Source of the DNA: Patescibacteria group bacterium
GTDB taxonomy: Bacteria; Patescibacteriota; Microgenomatia; UBA1400; PJMF01
DNA length: 64,000 nt
Direction: 5' to 3'
NCBI GenBank assembly: GCA_016861085.1
Contig: BOKR01000001.1
Location: 991,298-1,055,297 of the forward strand
The notes beneath the pieces are model-generated. The model did not search any database, was not told the origin of the DNA, and was given only the letters and a program-made list of their open reading frames with translations. Position 1 is the first letter of the stretch, and each line of letters opens with the position of its first letter. Below are positions 1 through 9,862 of the stretch, piece by piece. Position numbers and translations under genes: made by a program.

Positions 1-3000
1 TACTTTTTACTCTCATGATCAATACCTACATACCCATCAGCACCCATTGGGTCCGTTGCTATAGTCACGTGTGACTGAATAAGATCATCTAGAAAAAACA
101 TTACCAACGACCCATCTTCTACTTCTCCATAGTGAGATCTAGTTCCAGGATTAGTGAAAGCTCCTAAAGTAGCTTTCTCCCCTCTAATGCCAACACCATC
201 TGGTCCTGTAACGATTGCATCGACAACAGCTCTAGAATCTAGCTTCTCCTCTTCACTCCTTGCTACGCCCTCTTTTCTAGCATGTGCCTGCCAGGTTCCA
301 TGGCCCATAACCACAAAATGGTTAAATGCTCTTTCTCTTTCAATCATCCAATTATTATTTTCGTCAGATACCTTTCTTGCTGTGTTTTCCTTCAGTGCAG
401 TTAAATTTTCATATAATTGATCTCCCAAAATATCTCTTATTGTTGTTTGTGAGAAAACCCCTCTGTTTTCACCAAAAATGAGGGAGTTTACTAAAAATAT
501 TTTGTTCTCTTCTAAATTTTGTTGCTCTGATTCTAAATCAATTGGGTCAAGACCAATAAATATTTCTCTAAAATTAACTGCAGAGTATTCTGCATTCCAC
601 TGTTTATCAGCCAATTCAGAATTATCAAAAAATGCAACTCTTGCGTCCTTTTGTCTGATTTCAGACTCAAACTGATCAAGTTTTCCTTCACTTTTCCCCA
701 AAAAATTTTTTAAAGTGTTTAAGTGTATATTATTCAAGCTTCTATATGTTAGTGTGTATGATACTGCTGTAGAATAGACGAAATCCACATCAACTCTTTC
801 GCATAGAAACTCCAAAAACTGGTGGTTAATTGGTGACGTTGCGTTTTCTAATGAAGAAACCAGCTGCTGTTCACTTTCACTTTGGGAATATTCTGCTAGC
901 TCATACAGTAGTTTGAAAGCCTCGAGACTCACATTATGATCTTCTAAACCAGACTGACAAATTAGTCTACTTTCTTGTAGGGTAAATCGATATTTTTGAG
1001 CCAATTCAACAAAGTTGCTCATTATCGTTTTCTTCTGCTGAGCAATAAAAATAACCTTATCTTTAACTTGTTGTTCAGTAACGTACAACTCAAAAATATT
1101 GAGGTAGTACATTAAACCCTGAAAATCAATCGAGTCCTCTCGTAAGTATTGGGCAAATGCATCTGAAATTTTTTCAGAAGTATAACCCCTTTCCTGACTG
1201 TGATCATGAAGTGGCACTAGAACTGTTAAAGATAAATTTTTCTCAGAAGCAATATACTCTGACAATAATTCTTCAAATTCTTCTTTATTATTAATGCATA
1301 ACACAAATAATTTTAGAATTTCATTTTGTCTTGGACTACCCGAAAGAATATATTTTTTTAGTAATTGTCTAGCTTCACTGGTATCGATAACATCTTGATC
1401 CAAAAATATCTGTACTTCACTGGCTGATAATGTAAAAATGTTATGTTTTTTTTCAAAATCTCCAGTGAAAGTATCCCAAAACCTTCTTTTCTCTTCACGA
1501 GTAAAAGGATCACCTAATTTTTCTGCGTGTTCAAATAAAACAAGGCATGTATCAGCTGAAAACCGAACATCGGTATTCAGGTATCTATACGAAATCTCTT
1601 TGAATTTTTGAGCATTAATTTCACCTTTGCTCAGTTTTACTATGTTATCTATTTGAGTTGCATACGGATAACCATCTATCACTTCAACCAATGCTTCTTC
1701 ATAATCTGCTGGGCTCTTGTATCCTGCTAAAGTCCCCAACTCAGACAACAAATCAATATCAGCCTTATCTCTTCCAGATAGATAGCGAAAAATATATTTA
1801 TAATCTTCTTCAGTTACCTCTTCCGATTCTTTTAAGACTTTACCTTCTTTAGCAAGATCAAGGAGAAAAAAAACTGATTCATAACTGCTTGGGTCGGACC
1901 TTGTCACTATAAAATCTACGAGTTCCTTCGCCGTCATCGGTTCAAGCTGATCTTGATTTAAATATTGTTTTAGTTCCTGATCCCAAAACAAACCCTCGAC
2001 CGTTTGGTCTTTTCTTTCCTCCCAATAAACATTTGCCTTATGAAGTCCAGTTAAAACAGCAGTTGTTTCATATAAAATATGGGGCTGAACCCTTGCTAAA
2101 TCAATAAGCTTTTTAACGTCTTCCAAAGACATACCCCTCGCAGCACATCTCACAACTAACGCTTTCTCACCAAGTGCAATAAGTTCCTGGGCATATGTAA
2201 CAAATTCTGGATAGACTACTTGAAAAACTTCACTATAGAGGGCATTCTGGACATCCACGTTGCTGCAGTTAGCAAACAACGCTTTAAACCATTCTGTATC
2301 CTGTGTAAAATTGTGCTCTAAAACAGAATTTATAGAAATTTTAGATTTAGCTGCAACTGCGCTGATCACTCTAATATCATTTGTTGCAAAAAGAGATTCA
2401 GGAAAATAAGTCCATTGTGTGTTGACAATTTTTTCTTTTAATTTTTCTGAAGCATTGCTCCAACCAAATTCGATCGCTGTATCTAAAACACTACTCATCT
2501 CCCAATCACTTAAATCATAACCCAGAGCTCTATCTAACAACATTTGACCACCTAAAGATTTTACTCGTTCCGAGTGACCACTTGCTATTTCTCTTAGTAA
2601 CCTCTGAGCCTGATATTTTCCCATTTCCATCACTGAGATTTTTTCTCTCCATGGTTCTGGAAAACTAAAGGATTCTAAGTAAATCACTCCGGTACTCAAT
2701 ATATCTTCCAAGGTCAAGCCTTCGTTTAGTGGGAATCTATCTGCAAACTCTTTTGGAATTTCTCCAACGTCTTTGCCAGCATATTTTATGCCCTCAAAAA
2801 AGTGTCTAAACCACTCTGTTGGCAAAGTTTTTCCGGTGTCCACTAACTGCCAAAACTGAGCATCTGCAAGAAAAGCTGTAAAACCTTTAGAAAAAAGGTA
2901 TGTTCTTAAAGCATTTAGTTTTTGTTCCTCAGTTTGCAGAAGTTCACCAACAAATTCGTATGCTAACTGTGTTTGTTCTCTGTTTGTTTTGTTTGAAAAA

Positions 3001-3863
3001 AGCGAAGAAATAAAATATTCCACCTTCCACCCCCTAGGTATCATGGGTTTTGCAAAGGTAAATAAATTGTTCTTTATTAATAATTCAATAATTCTTGATT
3101 GTAAATATGAGTCAGTATTATCTAAGTACTCAAAAATTATTGGCGAAATTGTGTTGTTATCTTCTATAATGCCAATACAAACATTTGCTAGCTCTGTAGG
3201 TTTAATAGCGCTAATTGCTTGTCTAAAATCTTGTTTACTTGCTTCACTAAATATATCAAAATTCAAAAAAGCTGAATGCAAAAATTCATTCCTAACATCT
3301 GACTTTAGCAAGTCTTGCATTTGTTGTAAGGTGAGTGACCTGCCATTTTCACCTCTAGCAAGGACTAAGGATTCTTCTAATTTTAGAAATGACTTAGCAT
3401 AGGTAACATTTTCTTTATCGGCATTTCCCTTAGAAAAAAGTCTCTTATAGTTTGCTGTAAGTCTCTCATTGCTTACAACGTGTTTTGCCAACTCTTGGAA
3501 GTTCCATCTACTAATATAAAAGTCCGTGATATTGGCATCAACGTTGTTATCTATTAAAGCCTTAATTATCGATATGTCGGTATCATGTAAATAAACATCG
3601 AGAAAATTATTTTCAACAAACTTAGACAGTTCCGATTCAAAAATGTCACCCTTGACCTTTTTTTGCAAAGAAAAAAACTCAACTACAGTAATAACTGTTA
3701 ATTTTTCCTTCTCCTCTTCAGAAGTAATACCAAGTCTAGAGATCTCTGAGAGTTTCTTTTGGTAATATTCAAGAGCCTCAGCTTCATTTTTTAACGAGAG
3801 GTTGGGCTTGAAAAAATTCTCTTTCTGAATATGTAGATCTTCAACTGGTGTTGGCATCACCAT
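1..3863 (-). CDS. Very large hypothetical protein (>1287 aa, 3' end beyond the window edge), alpha-helix-rich
   Basis: Minus-strand ATG at 3863 (MVMPTPVEDLHIQKEN...) has an in-frame stop just upstream. I sampled the frame at ~3860-3300, ~2100 and 1-120 and it stays open. The ORF track lists no other ORF >=60 aa across 1-3900, as expected for one ORF running off the window. No recognisable catalytic motif. Confidence 0.55.
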   Translation of the reverse strand, partial: MVMPTPVEDLHIQKENFFKPNLSLKNEAEALEYYQKKLSEISRLGITSEEEKEKLTVITVVEFFSLQKKVKGDIFESELSKFVENNFLDVYLHDTDISIIKALIDNNVDANITDFYISRWNFQELAKHVVSNERLTANYKRLFSKGNADKENVTYAKSFLKLEESLVLARGENGRSLTLQQMQDLLKSDVRNEFLHSAFLNFDIFSEASKQDFRQAISAIKPTELANVCIGIIEDNNTISPIIFEYLDNTDSYLQSRIIELLIKNNLFTFAKPMIPRGWKVEYFISSLFSNKTNREQTQLAYEFVGELLQTEEQKLNALRTYLFSKGFTAFLADAQFWQLVDTGKTLPTEWFRHFFEGIKYAGKDVGEIPKEFADRFPLNEGLTLEDILSTGVIYLESFSFPEPWREKISVMEMGKYQAQRLLREIASGHSERVKSLGGQMLLDRALGYDLSDWEMSSVLDTAIEFGWSNASEKLKEKIVNTQWTYFPESLFATNDIRVISAVAAKSKISINSVLEHNFTQDTEWFKALFANCSNVDVQNALYSEVFQVVYPEFVTYAQELIALGEKALVVRCAARGMSLEDVKKLIDLARVQPHILYETTAVLTGLHKANVYWEERKDQTVEGLFWDQELKQYLNQDQLEPMTAKELVDFIVTRSDPSSYESVFFLLDLAKEGKVLKESEEVTEEDYKYIFRYLSGRDKADIDLLSELGTLAGYKSPADYEEALVEVIDGYPYATQIDNIVKLSKGEINAQKFKEISYRYLNTDVRFSADTCLVLFEHAEKLGDPFTREEKRRFWDTFTGDFEKKHNIFTLSASEVQIFLDQDVIDTSEARQLLKKYILSGSPRQNEILKLFVLCINNKEEFEELLSEYIASEKNLSLTVLVPLHDHSQERGYTSEKISDAFAQYLREDSIDFQGLMYYLNIFELYVTEQQVKDKVIFIAQQKKTIMSNFVELAQKYRFTLQESRLICQSGLEDHNVSLEAFKLLYELAEYSQSESEQQLVSSLENATSPINHQFLEFLCERVDVDFVYSTAVSYTLTYRSLNNIHLNTLKNFLGKSEGKLDQFESEIRQKDARVAFFDNSELADKQWNAEYSAVNFREIFIGLDPIDLESEQQNLEENKIFLVNSLIFGENRGVFSQTTIRDILGDQLYENLTALKENTARKVSDENNNWMIERERAFNHFVVMGHGTWQAHARKEGVARSEEEKLDSRAVVDAIVTGPDGVGIRGEKATLGAFTNPGTRSHYGEVEDGSLVMFFLDDLIQSHVTIATDPMGADGYVGIDHESKK

Positions 3864-3906
3864 TGAGTATACTCAAGTAAAAGAAACAATTGTAGAGGGA
3901 ATAAAG

Positions 3907-4350
3907 CTACCTCCCCCGCTTCATTTCCCTTGCAATATCCCGTTGAATGGTTCGTTCTTTCATTTTGGCGCGCTTGTCATGTAGCTTCAAACCACGACCT
4001 AAGCCAAACGTTAACTTAACTTTGTTTCCAATTAAATCAAAACTGAGCGGAACAAGCGCGCGACCTTTTTCGGTGATAGCAGTTGTGAGTGCCGTTATTT
4101 CTTTTTTGCGCAACAATAATTTCCGGGTTCTTTTAGGATCATATTCTGCGTTATTAGCAAATTTGTATGGTGATATTTGTGCATTAATTAGAACTAATTC
4201 ATCACCAAAAGATTTAATAAAACTACCAGTCAGACTACCGCTTTGATTTCGCAAACTTTTCACCTCTGGGCCACTCAAAACAACACCTGCTGTATAGGTT
4301 TTCTCGATTGCATACTCGTGTGTTGCTTTTTTATTTTTTAGTAGCTGCAT
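3907..4350 (-). CDS. smpB: SsrA-binding protein SmpB
   Basis: 147 aa with the typical SmpB sequence (…VLSGPEVKSLR…DPKRTRKLLLRKKEI…GLGRGLKLHDKRAKMKERTIQRDIAREMKRG). Confidence 0.9.
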   Translation of the reverse strand: MQLLKNKKATHEYAIEKTYTAGVVLSGPEVKSLRNQSGSLTGSFIKSFGDELVLINAQISPYKFANNAEYDPKRTRKLLLRKKEITALTTAITEKGRALVPLSFDLIGNKVKLTFGLGRGLKLHDKRAKMKERTIQRDIAREMKRGR

Positions 4351-4373
4351 GGCTACTATTATATCAGGCTAAA

Positions 4374-6428
4374 CTACAAATTAATCTGATACACAATCGA
4401 CCCACTTGCCACAAAAATTTTTCCTAATGACTCACTCGCTGTAATAGCACTTGCTGCACCAAGTGAAACCGACTTTATTTCCCTAACAAAATCGCCGTTC
4501 TTATTAAATAAAATAATTCTATTATTACTTGGATCCAACACATATAATTTTTCTAAGTTTTCATTTGTGTAGGCATAAATATCAGAAGTGAATGCAACAT
4601 CTAATCCTCTTAAAGTAAGCGTTTCTTCTCTTCCAGAAGTGAATTTTTTGATCTGCCCATCGCTAGTAGTCAACCAAACATCACCATCAATTGACATGGA
4701 CCGTAAATCTTCATATCTAATTCCTGTAGCAGACTTCATCCACCCAACAGGCTCTGAGTACCCATCTTCAGTCTCAGCATATCTATATATATTTCTTTTT
4801 TCTGGATTAACCACATACACAAATCTGTCATAGGCATCAAGTAAAGACGCTGTCTTATTAGAATCACCAGCTTCTCTTACAGTTTCAAGCTCAGTATCTT
4901 CATCAAGATTAATCTTATATTTGTAAACACCGTTACTGATCACAAAAATATACTCACCTTGCATAACTGCGCCACTAAATTCAGAGCGATCAGAGAAGTT
5001 GCGAATCCGTACTTTTTTTGTATCCGAATCAAGCAACAATACTTGTTTCATTTCTTTGTCATACACAATGATTGAATTGTTCTGCATGTCAATGCCTGTT
5101 GCAATAAAATCAGATTTAGCTAAACGCAGGTCATAAAAGGTTTCCAGCTCTTGCAGTTCTTCTCTTCCAGAAATTGATTCTAAATACAATGTCAACGCCT
5201 CTTTTTCCTTGGCCAGCAGCTGCTTTGAGCTGCTTTGTTCATTTTCTTTTTCTAAGTTGGAAATCTGTTCAAGAGCGGATGCAATAGTTTGTCGAGCCAC
5301 AATTGGATCAGTGACAACCTGTTCCTTTGCCAGACTTACCGATGACTGAATAGGCACCAGCAATGATTGAATACGTTGTTCCTCTTTATTTCTTTGGTAC
5401 GAAAATACTCCAATAAGACCTAATGCAACCAGAGTTACTACAGCAGCAACTAATAACTTCCATAAACCTTTTCTAGGACGACTTACATCTGAGACGTAAA
5501 CAGTTCTCTTATTAAATAGAGACTGCATCCCTTCACGCCTAACCTGTGAAACTGCATCTGCTACTCGTTTAAAATCAATTTGCCTCATTTTGAGCCAGAT
5601 TTGCAACAATAATTTTTTCAATAAACGCAGCAGCCACTTAAAAAAAGGCACACTTTTGTCCTTGATTACCTCAAACCAGTGTTTTCCAAGATCAGCAGCT
5701 TTATTCACTGACTCTGGAACCTGGATTTTATCAACTTCCAAGCTAACCTGTGCAAGATCAACTTCAGTAGCATCACTTAAAACTTCTTCAACTAAATCTT
5801 CTTCTGAAACTTCAAGGAAAGGAGCACTTTCTTCTTTAGTTTCTGCTACGACTTCATTTTTGTCTTCATCTTTATTCACAAACACCAACGCGGAAAGAGA
5901 TGAATCATCTTGGGCGTGCAGCCCAGGCACTACAGAAGTAATGATTATGTCAACATCATATCCCTGCTGAAACTTAAGTTGAATTTCACTTAAAAATTGA
6001 TCAGCTTGTAGTGTGGTTAAAACGAACACATCATCAGACTCATACGTGCCTTCAACAAGCTTAACCTCATACTCACTTGAGAGAATCTTGCCTGATTTTT
6101 CTCCTCTTTTGAGAAAAATTGTTCCGCCATAGGTTGCAAAAATACTCTTGCTTCTACCTAAAACAGCACAAGCAAAATACATTTTGCACTCATTGGCATG
6201 GGCATACGAAACCAGCTGCTGCAAAAACTCATGCAATTGCTCAGCATCATAAAAATAATAATCGGAAACCTTCTCACTAATATCCCTGCCAACATTACCA
6301 GCATGCTTGCCAGATATAGCGTAAACAACGATCAAACGAACACTAACAGAAACGGTACTTTCTGCCACTTGTGACCAACCGGTAAACTGTGGCAACCCAA
6401 CAACTGGGGTGACCTTCAATCGAAGCAT
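4374..6428 (-). CDS. Membrane protein: N-terminal cytoplasmic domain (possibly degenerate PP2C-like), one TM segment, C-terminal beta-propeller-like repeat domain
   Basis: 684 aa. Hydrophobic segment LWKLLVAAVVTLVALGLIGVF mid-protein. C-terminal repeats of the YV(L/V)D..N.RI type (YVVNPEKRNIY, YVLDPSNNRIILF), resembling NHL/YVTN propeller blades. Confidence 0.55.
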   Translation of the reverse strand: MLRLKVTPVVGLPQFTGWSQVAESTVSVSVRLIVVYAISGKHAGNVGRDISEKVSDYYFYDAEQLHEFLQQLVSYAHANECKMYFACAVLGRSKSIFATYGGTIFLKRGEKSGKILSSEYEVKLVEGTYESDDVFVLTTLQADQFLSEIQLKFQQGYDVDIIITSVVPGLHAQDDSSLSALVFVNKDEDKNEVVAETKEESAPFLEVSEEDLVEEVLSDATEVDLAQVSLEVDKIQVPESVNKAADLGKHWFEVIKDKSVPFFKWLLRLLKKLLLQIWLKMRQIDFKRVADAVSQVRREGMQSLFNKRTVYVSDVSRPRKGLWKLLVAAVVTLVALGLIGVFSYQRNKEEQRIQSLLVPIQSSVSLAKEQVVTDPIVARQTIASALEQISNLEKENEQSSSKQLLAKEKEALTLYLESISGREELQELETFYDLRLAKSDFIATGIDMQNNSIIVYDKEMKQVLLLDSDTKKVRIRNFSDRSEFSGAVMQGEYIFVISNGVYKYKINLDEDTELETVREAGDSNKTASLLDAYDRFVYVVNPEKRNIYRYAETEDGYSEPVGWMKSATGIRYEDLRSMSIDGDVWLTTSDGQIKKFTSGREETLTLRGLDVAFTSDIYAYTNENLEKLYVLDPSNNRIILFNKNGDFVREIKSVSLGAASAITASESLGKIFVASGSIVYQINL

Positions 6429-6463
6429 TACCCAAATTTTACCACATCTTTAATAAAATAAAC

Positions 6464-6727
6464 CTACAGAACTGTAAAGAAATATATCAAAACAAGTATA
6501 GCTGCTATTAAATGAATAAAACCAAGTAATTTAATAATTTGAGATGCAGTTGTTGAAACAGTCTTACTCATCATCGCTATTTGTCTGGTAACTAAAATCG
6601 CAAACAATAAATACAGTACCCCTGCAATAATAAACATCGATTTTACACCAAAAAGGATGACTGCCTCACCATTTGCAAACGGGTCACTAAGCAAGCCAGA
6701 ACCAGAAATAAGAGTGAATAGTTGCAC
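6464..6727 (-). CDS. Small integral membrane protein (2-3 TM)
   Basis: 87 aa, almost entirely hydrophobic helices. Sits tightly between neighbouring same-strand genes. Confidence 0.4.
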   Translation of the reverse strand: MQLFTLISGSGLLSDPFANGEAVILFGVKSMFIIAGVLYLLFAILVTRQIAMMSKTVSTTASQIIKLLGFIHLIAAILVLIYFFTVL

Positions 6728-7404
6728 TAGACTACCCTCCCCTCAAATTTTTCAAGTTCTTCTTCTAGAATCAAGTCATTTAATAATGCGGTCACTTTTG
6801 AAGGATGTGGTACATTTTCAAAACGCAATTCCTGTTTAGTGGCAGCAGTTTGGATAATTACGGTTCCATAATCAACCAACGATGAGAAGAATCCTGCATT
6901 TATCGAGGTAATGTCTTCAATGTTATCTATCTTTGTTGTAGAGATATCTTTGTATATCAATGAAATAAAATCTACGTCTATTACTCTTTCGTCAGTAATA
7001 ATATATACGTGGTAAAACCACTTTAAAAAAGACTCAACAATCAAGCCAAATGTTAATAAATACCAACCCAGTCCTGCTGCAAACTGATATCTGCCTGGAA
7101 GGAAATCAAAAATTCCAGAAGAACTAAACAACATTGGCAAAAAAAACATGATTATGACAAGCAAAAACCATTTTAACTGTGTGATTGGATGCTGGCGCAT
7201 TACGAGAATAATTTGCTCATGTTCAGACAAAATGTCCACAGATAATTTTCTTGGTTTGGGCAGAAAAGCCTTCCAAATACCATCAGTTGGTTGTTCATTT
7301 CGCATTACCTCAGAATATTCATCAACTGATCTTCTTGGACCAGTTTTTTCTGGAGCAGTTGTGCCAGTCTTCTCTTCTTTTACTCTGTGTTTTCTGTGAG
7401 GCAT
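6727..7404 (-). CDS. Bacterial PH-domain (YdbT/bPH_2-like) membrane protein
   Basis: 225 aa. Two TM helices followed by a ~100 aa domain with the layout of bacterial PH (DUF304-like) domains. Confidence 0.45.
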   Translation of the reverse strand: MPHRKHRVKEEKTGTTAPEKTGPRRSVDEYSEVMRNEQPTDGIWKAFLPKPRKLSVDILSEHEQIILVMRQHPITQLKWFLLVIIMFFLPMLFSSSGIFDFLPGRYQFAAGLGWYLLTFGLIVESFLKWFYHVYIITDERVIDVDFISLIYKDISTTKIDNIEDITSINAGFFSSLVDYGTVIIQTAATKQELRFENVPHPSKVTALLNDLILEEELEKFEGRVV

Positions 7405-7434
7405 GTTTTTATTATATCACCTGGTTTTTTCATT

Positions 7435-8037
7435 TTATAGGAATTTTTCAAATTTCCGTTCAGGAGGAAATTGTTCCCAGTGTGGGGCTACAAAAAAAAG
7501 AACTCTATAATCTTCAACTATTTCTTTTTTTCCAGAATATGGATCTTCCACTTCATTTGTGTCCCACCACCTGTGCATAAATACAGGAATCTCTACAATT
7601 CTATTTTGATCTGCAAAATCTTTATATGGATCAACAATTATTAAGGCATCTGCATCATCATCAACATTTACCACAACACTATAATGACCAAAATCAAGAT
7701 CCTCATCGCCAATGTCCTGAGATTCTTCTTCTTCAGAGCCATAGAAAAGTCCCTGCCACTCCACAGCAACCGCATACCCTCTGGAAAGCAAATAACGAAT
7801 GTCATCTAAACTCGCACTGTATTTGTACCAAAAATGAATATGCGGCGCCAGTTTAACAGAAGCCAGTGCAATTTGATCAATTCGCATGCCATACTCTTCA
7901 AGCTTATCTTCAGAAATTTGGGCAGCCTCTCTAACTTCATCTTGGTCAATTTCAACACCAACCGCTTCAAGCAACATCTCCAACACTGCTGGTCCACAAT
8001 GACTTTCCGAAATTTGCTGAACGCGACGAATATCCAT
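7435..8037 (-). CDS. Papain-fold C39-like cysteine peptidase domain protein (standalone)
   Basis: 200 aa. N-terminal Q..SESHCGPAVLEMLL matches the C39 Gln…Cys-Gly nucleophile motif. His and Asp candidates lie downstream. No ABC transporter domain is attached. Confidence 0.45.
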   Translation of the reverse strand: MDIRRVQQISESHCGPAVLEMLLEAVGVEIDQDEVREAAQISEDKLEEYGMRIDQIALASVKLAPHIHFWYKYSASLDDIRYLLSRGYAVAVEWQGLFYGSEEEESQDIGDEDLDFGHYSVVVNVDDDADALIIVDPYKDFADQNRIVEIPVFMHRWWDTNEVEDPYSGKKEIVEDYRVLFFVAPHWEQFPPERKFEKFL

Positions 8038-8051
8038 ATAATCTTATTGTA

Positions 8052-9101
8052 TTATAAATTCCCCTTTTGAATTTTTCTGGCATGTTTACTTATGAGACTC
8101 TTTAAAAAGTAAGTAAAATCAATCCCATGTAGAGCAAGCACCTCTGTCATAGGCAAACCCTTATCTGGTCCAAGCGCCGTGTTTGGATTGCAATCTATGA
8201 AATATGGGGTATTTGTTTCAAGATTATAGCGAATATCAAATTTGGCATAGTCTCTATACCCCAAAATATCAAAAGCTCTTATGGCTAATGGATTAATTTT
8301 ATCTTGAATGAACTGTTCCGGAATTTTGTAAGAATACGCTCTTGCATCCTCATAGCTTTCTAAACTCGTAAAGTCATATTTGCCGTCTGGTTTGATTCTG
8401 AATTTCTTTTCCCCTAAAAATACATGCTTCTTTCTACCATCATCAAAAACTACACAAGTAACCTCCGGACCATTCTCAAATTTTTCAACAATGACCGGAA
8501 TTTTATATGTCTCAATCATTTTTTTGACTTTTTTTTCTGCAGCTTCTAAAGTTTCTTTAACTGCCTTATTGTCAATGCCAACACTCCCACCACTTTCATT
8601 TAGTTTCACAATCAGTGGAAATCCTAAATCAGTTGGGACATTAGAACGTAAATCTCTAATCAGTTTGTAGTCTGGAGTAGGGATATCTAGAGAAATCAGG
8701 AGTTGTTTAAATAAATGCCTATCGTTACCAACTACCAGGCCCTTTAACCCAGCCCCAGTATATTGAATTGCTGATAATTCCAGCGCCCCAGGAATTGCCG
8801 GCTGAAGTGAGTCTTTACCCTTAACAGTGTCTGCTAGATTGACTACTAAGTCAGGTTGGTCCACCAAAATGTTAGTAAAAAAATATTGATCTGCGGCATA
8901 TCCCTTAACTGGTATCCCAAGTTTGGCAATTTCTGCGATTACCTCTTCGGCTCGCTCTTCAACTTCTACTTCGGCTTCATATGCACCTTGAGTTGCGTAG
9001 TCCTCTCTATTTACTTTTGAGTACGAGACGGCTACTAAACTGAGTGCTTTCAAAGCCTCGTCATCAATAAAAAAATTTGGGAGTGAAATAGATTGATTCA
9101 T
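8052..9101 (-). CDS. ddl: D-alanine--D-alanine ligase family ATP-grasp enzyme
   Basis: 349 aa with the Ddl-like motif series (…YTGAGLKGLVVGNDRHLFKQLL…, PLIVKLNESGGSVGI, FIDCNPNTALGP). Confidence 0.55.
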   Translation of the reverse strand: MNQSISLPNFFIDDEALKALSLVAVSYSKVNREDYATQGAYEAEVEVEERAEEVIAEIAKLGIPVKGYAADQYFFTNILVDQPDLVVNLADTVKGKDSLQPAIPGALELSAIQYTGAGLKGLVVGNDRHLFKQLLISLDIPTPDYKLIRDLRSNVPTDLGFPLIVKLNESGGSVGIDNKAVKETLEAAEKKVKKMIETYKIPVIVEKFENGPEVTCVVFDDGRKKHVFLGEKKFRIKPDGKYDFTSLESYEDARAYSYKIPEQFIQDKINPLAIRAFDILGYRDYAKFDIRYNLETNTPYFIDCNPNTALGPDKGLPMTEVLALHGIDFTYFLKSLISKHARKIQKGNL

Positions 9102-9172
9102 ATATAGTATATATTGTCAGTTCCAGAGTACTTTGTCTAGCCAATAAAAAAAATTGGTGTTTGGGTATTTTT

Positions 9173-9796
9173 TTATGAAACAGGTATTTTACTTAAAGAC
9201 AAAGCAACTTCAGCAAAGCTCATTTTATGACTTTCAAAAAAAAAGTTGTCGAGCATTTCTTTACAGTTTTGGTGAAACTCTTCTATGGTGCCATTATTTT
9301 TAAGAGTGAAATCAGCTAGATCAATACAAGCCTGCACCTGCTGTCCAGATTCTGCTTCACCTTTGCCCAAGTCTCTTTCATCAATTCTTTTGAAAGAAGA
9401 AACTGTGGCATCATCTTCGCCTCTGACTTTTGCTCTTTCAAGATATCGTTCTACACGACGATTTTTATAAGCTGAAATAGTAACAATTTTGCCTCCAAAA
9501 TTATTTTTAATCGCAAAAATTTCTTCAGGATTACGAATTCCGTCGATCACAACGAAATCTTCTTTACGGATTCTTTCTTCTAAACGATTTACTAGCACCG
9601 CTCCACCATACGTTTCTCGCAGATCGTTGCCAACATCCTGCAAGTTCTTTCTGGTCATTTCCAAACCCCTAGCCATTGTCTCTTCTCGGACCACATTAGA
9701 AAGCGAAAAATACGTAAATCCAAGAGATTGCAAGTACTCACTAATTGTTCCTTTTCCACTGGCGATTGGCCCAACAAGACCGATAACGATTTGCAT
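9173..9796 (-). CDS. P-loop nucleotide/nucleoside kinase family protein (dephospho-CoA-kinase/AAA-kinase-like)
   Basis: Walker A motif IGLVGPIASGKGT. The track ORF starts 15 codons upstream at a non-ATG codon (TTG); the internal ATG (MQIVIGLVGP…) is the more likely start. Confidence 0.5.
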   Translation of the reverse strand: MQIVIGLVGPIASGKGTISEYLQSLGFTYFSLSNVVREETMARGLEMTRKNLQDVGNDLRETYGGAVLVNRLEERIRKEDFVVIDGIRNPEEIFAIKNNFGGKIVTISAYKNRRVERYLERAKVRGEDDATVSSFKRIDERDLGKGEAESGQQVQACIDLADFTLKNNGTIEEFHQNCKEMLDNFFFESHKMSFAEVALSLSKIPVS

Positions 9797-9862
9797 GTAA
9801 AACCAACTGTAGCACTTTGGGAATTTGAAATATATATGCAAAAAAGGTTATTACTTTGGCTC

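Noticed and set aside
9797-9841. Track start of the P-loop kinase ORF 15 codons upstream (read as M but encoded by TTG)
   Set aside because: The internal ATG at 9796 gives the normal position of the Walker A motif near the N-terminus.
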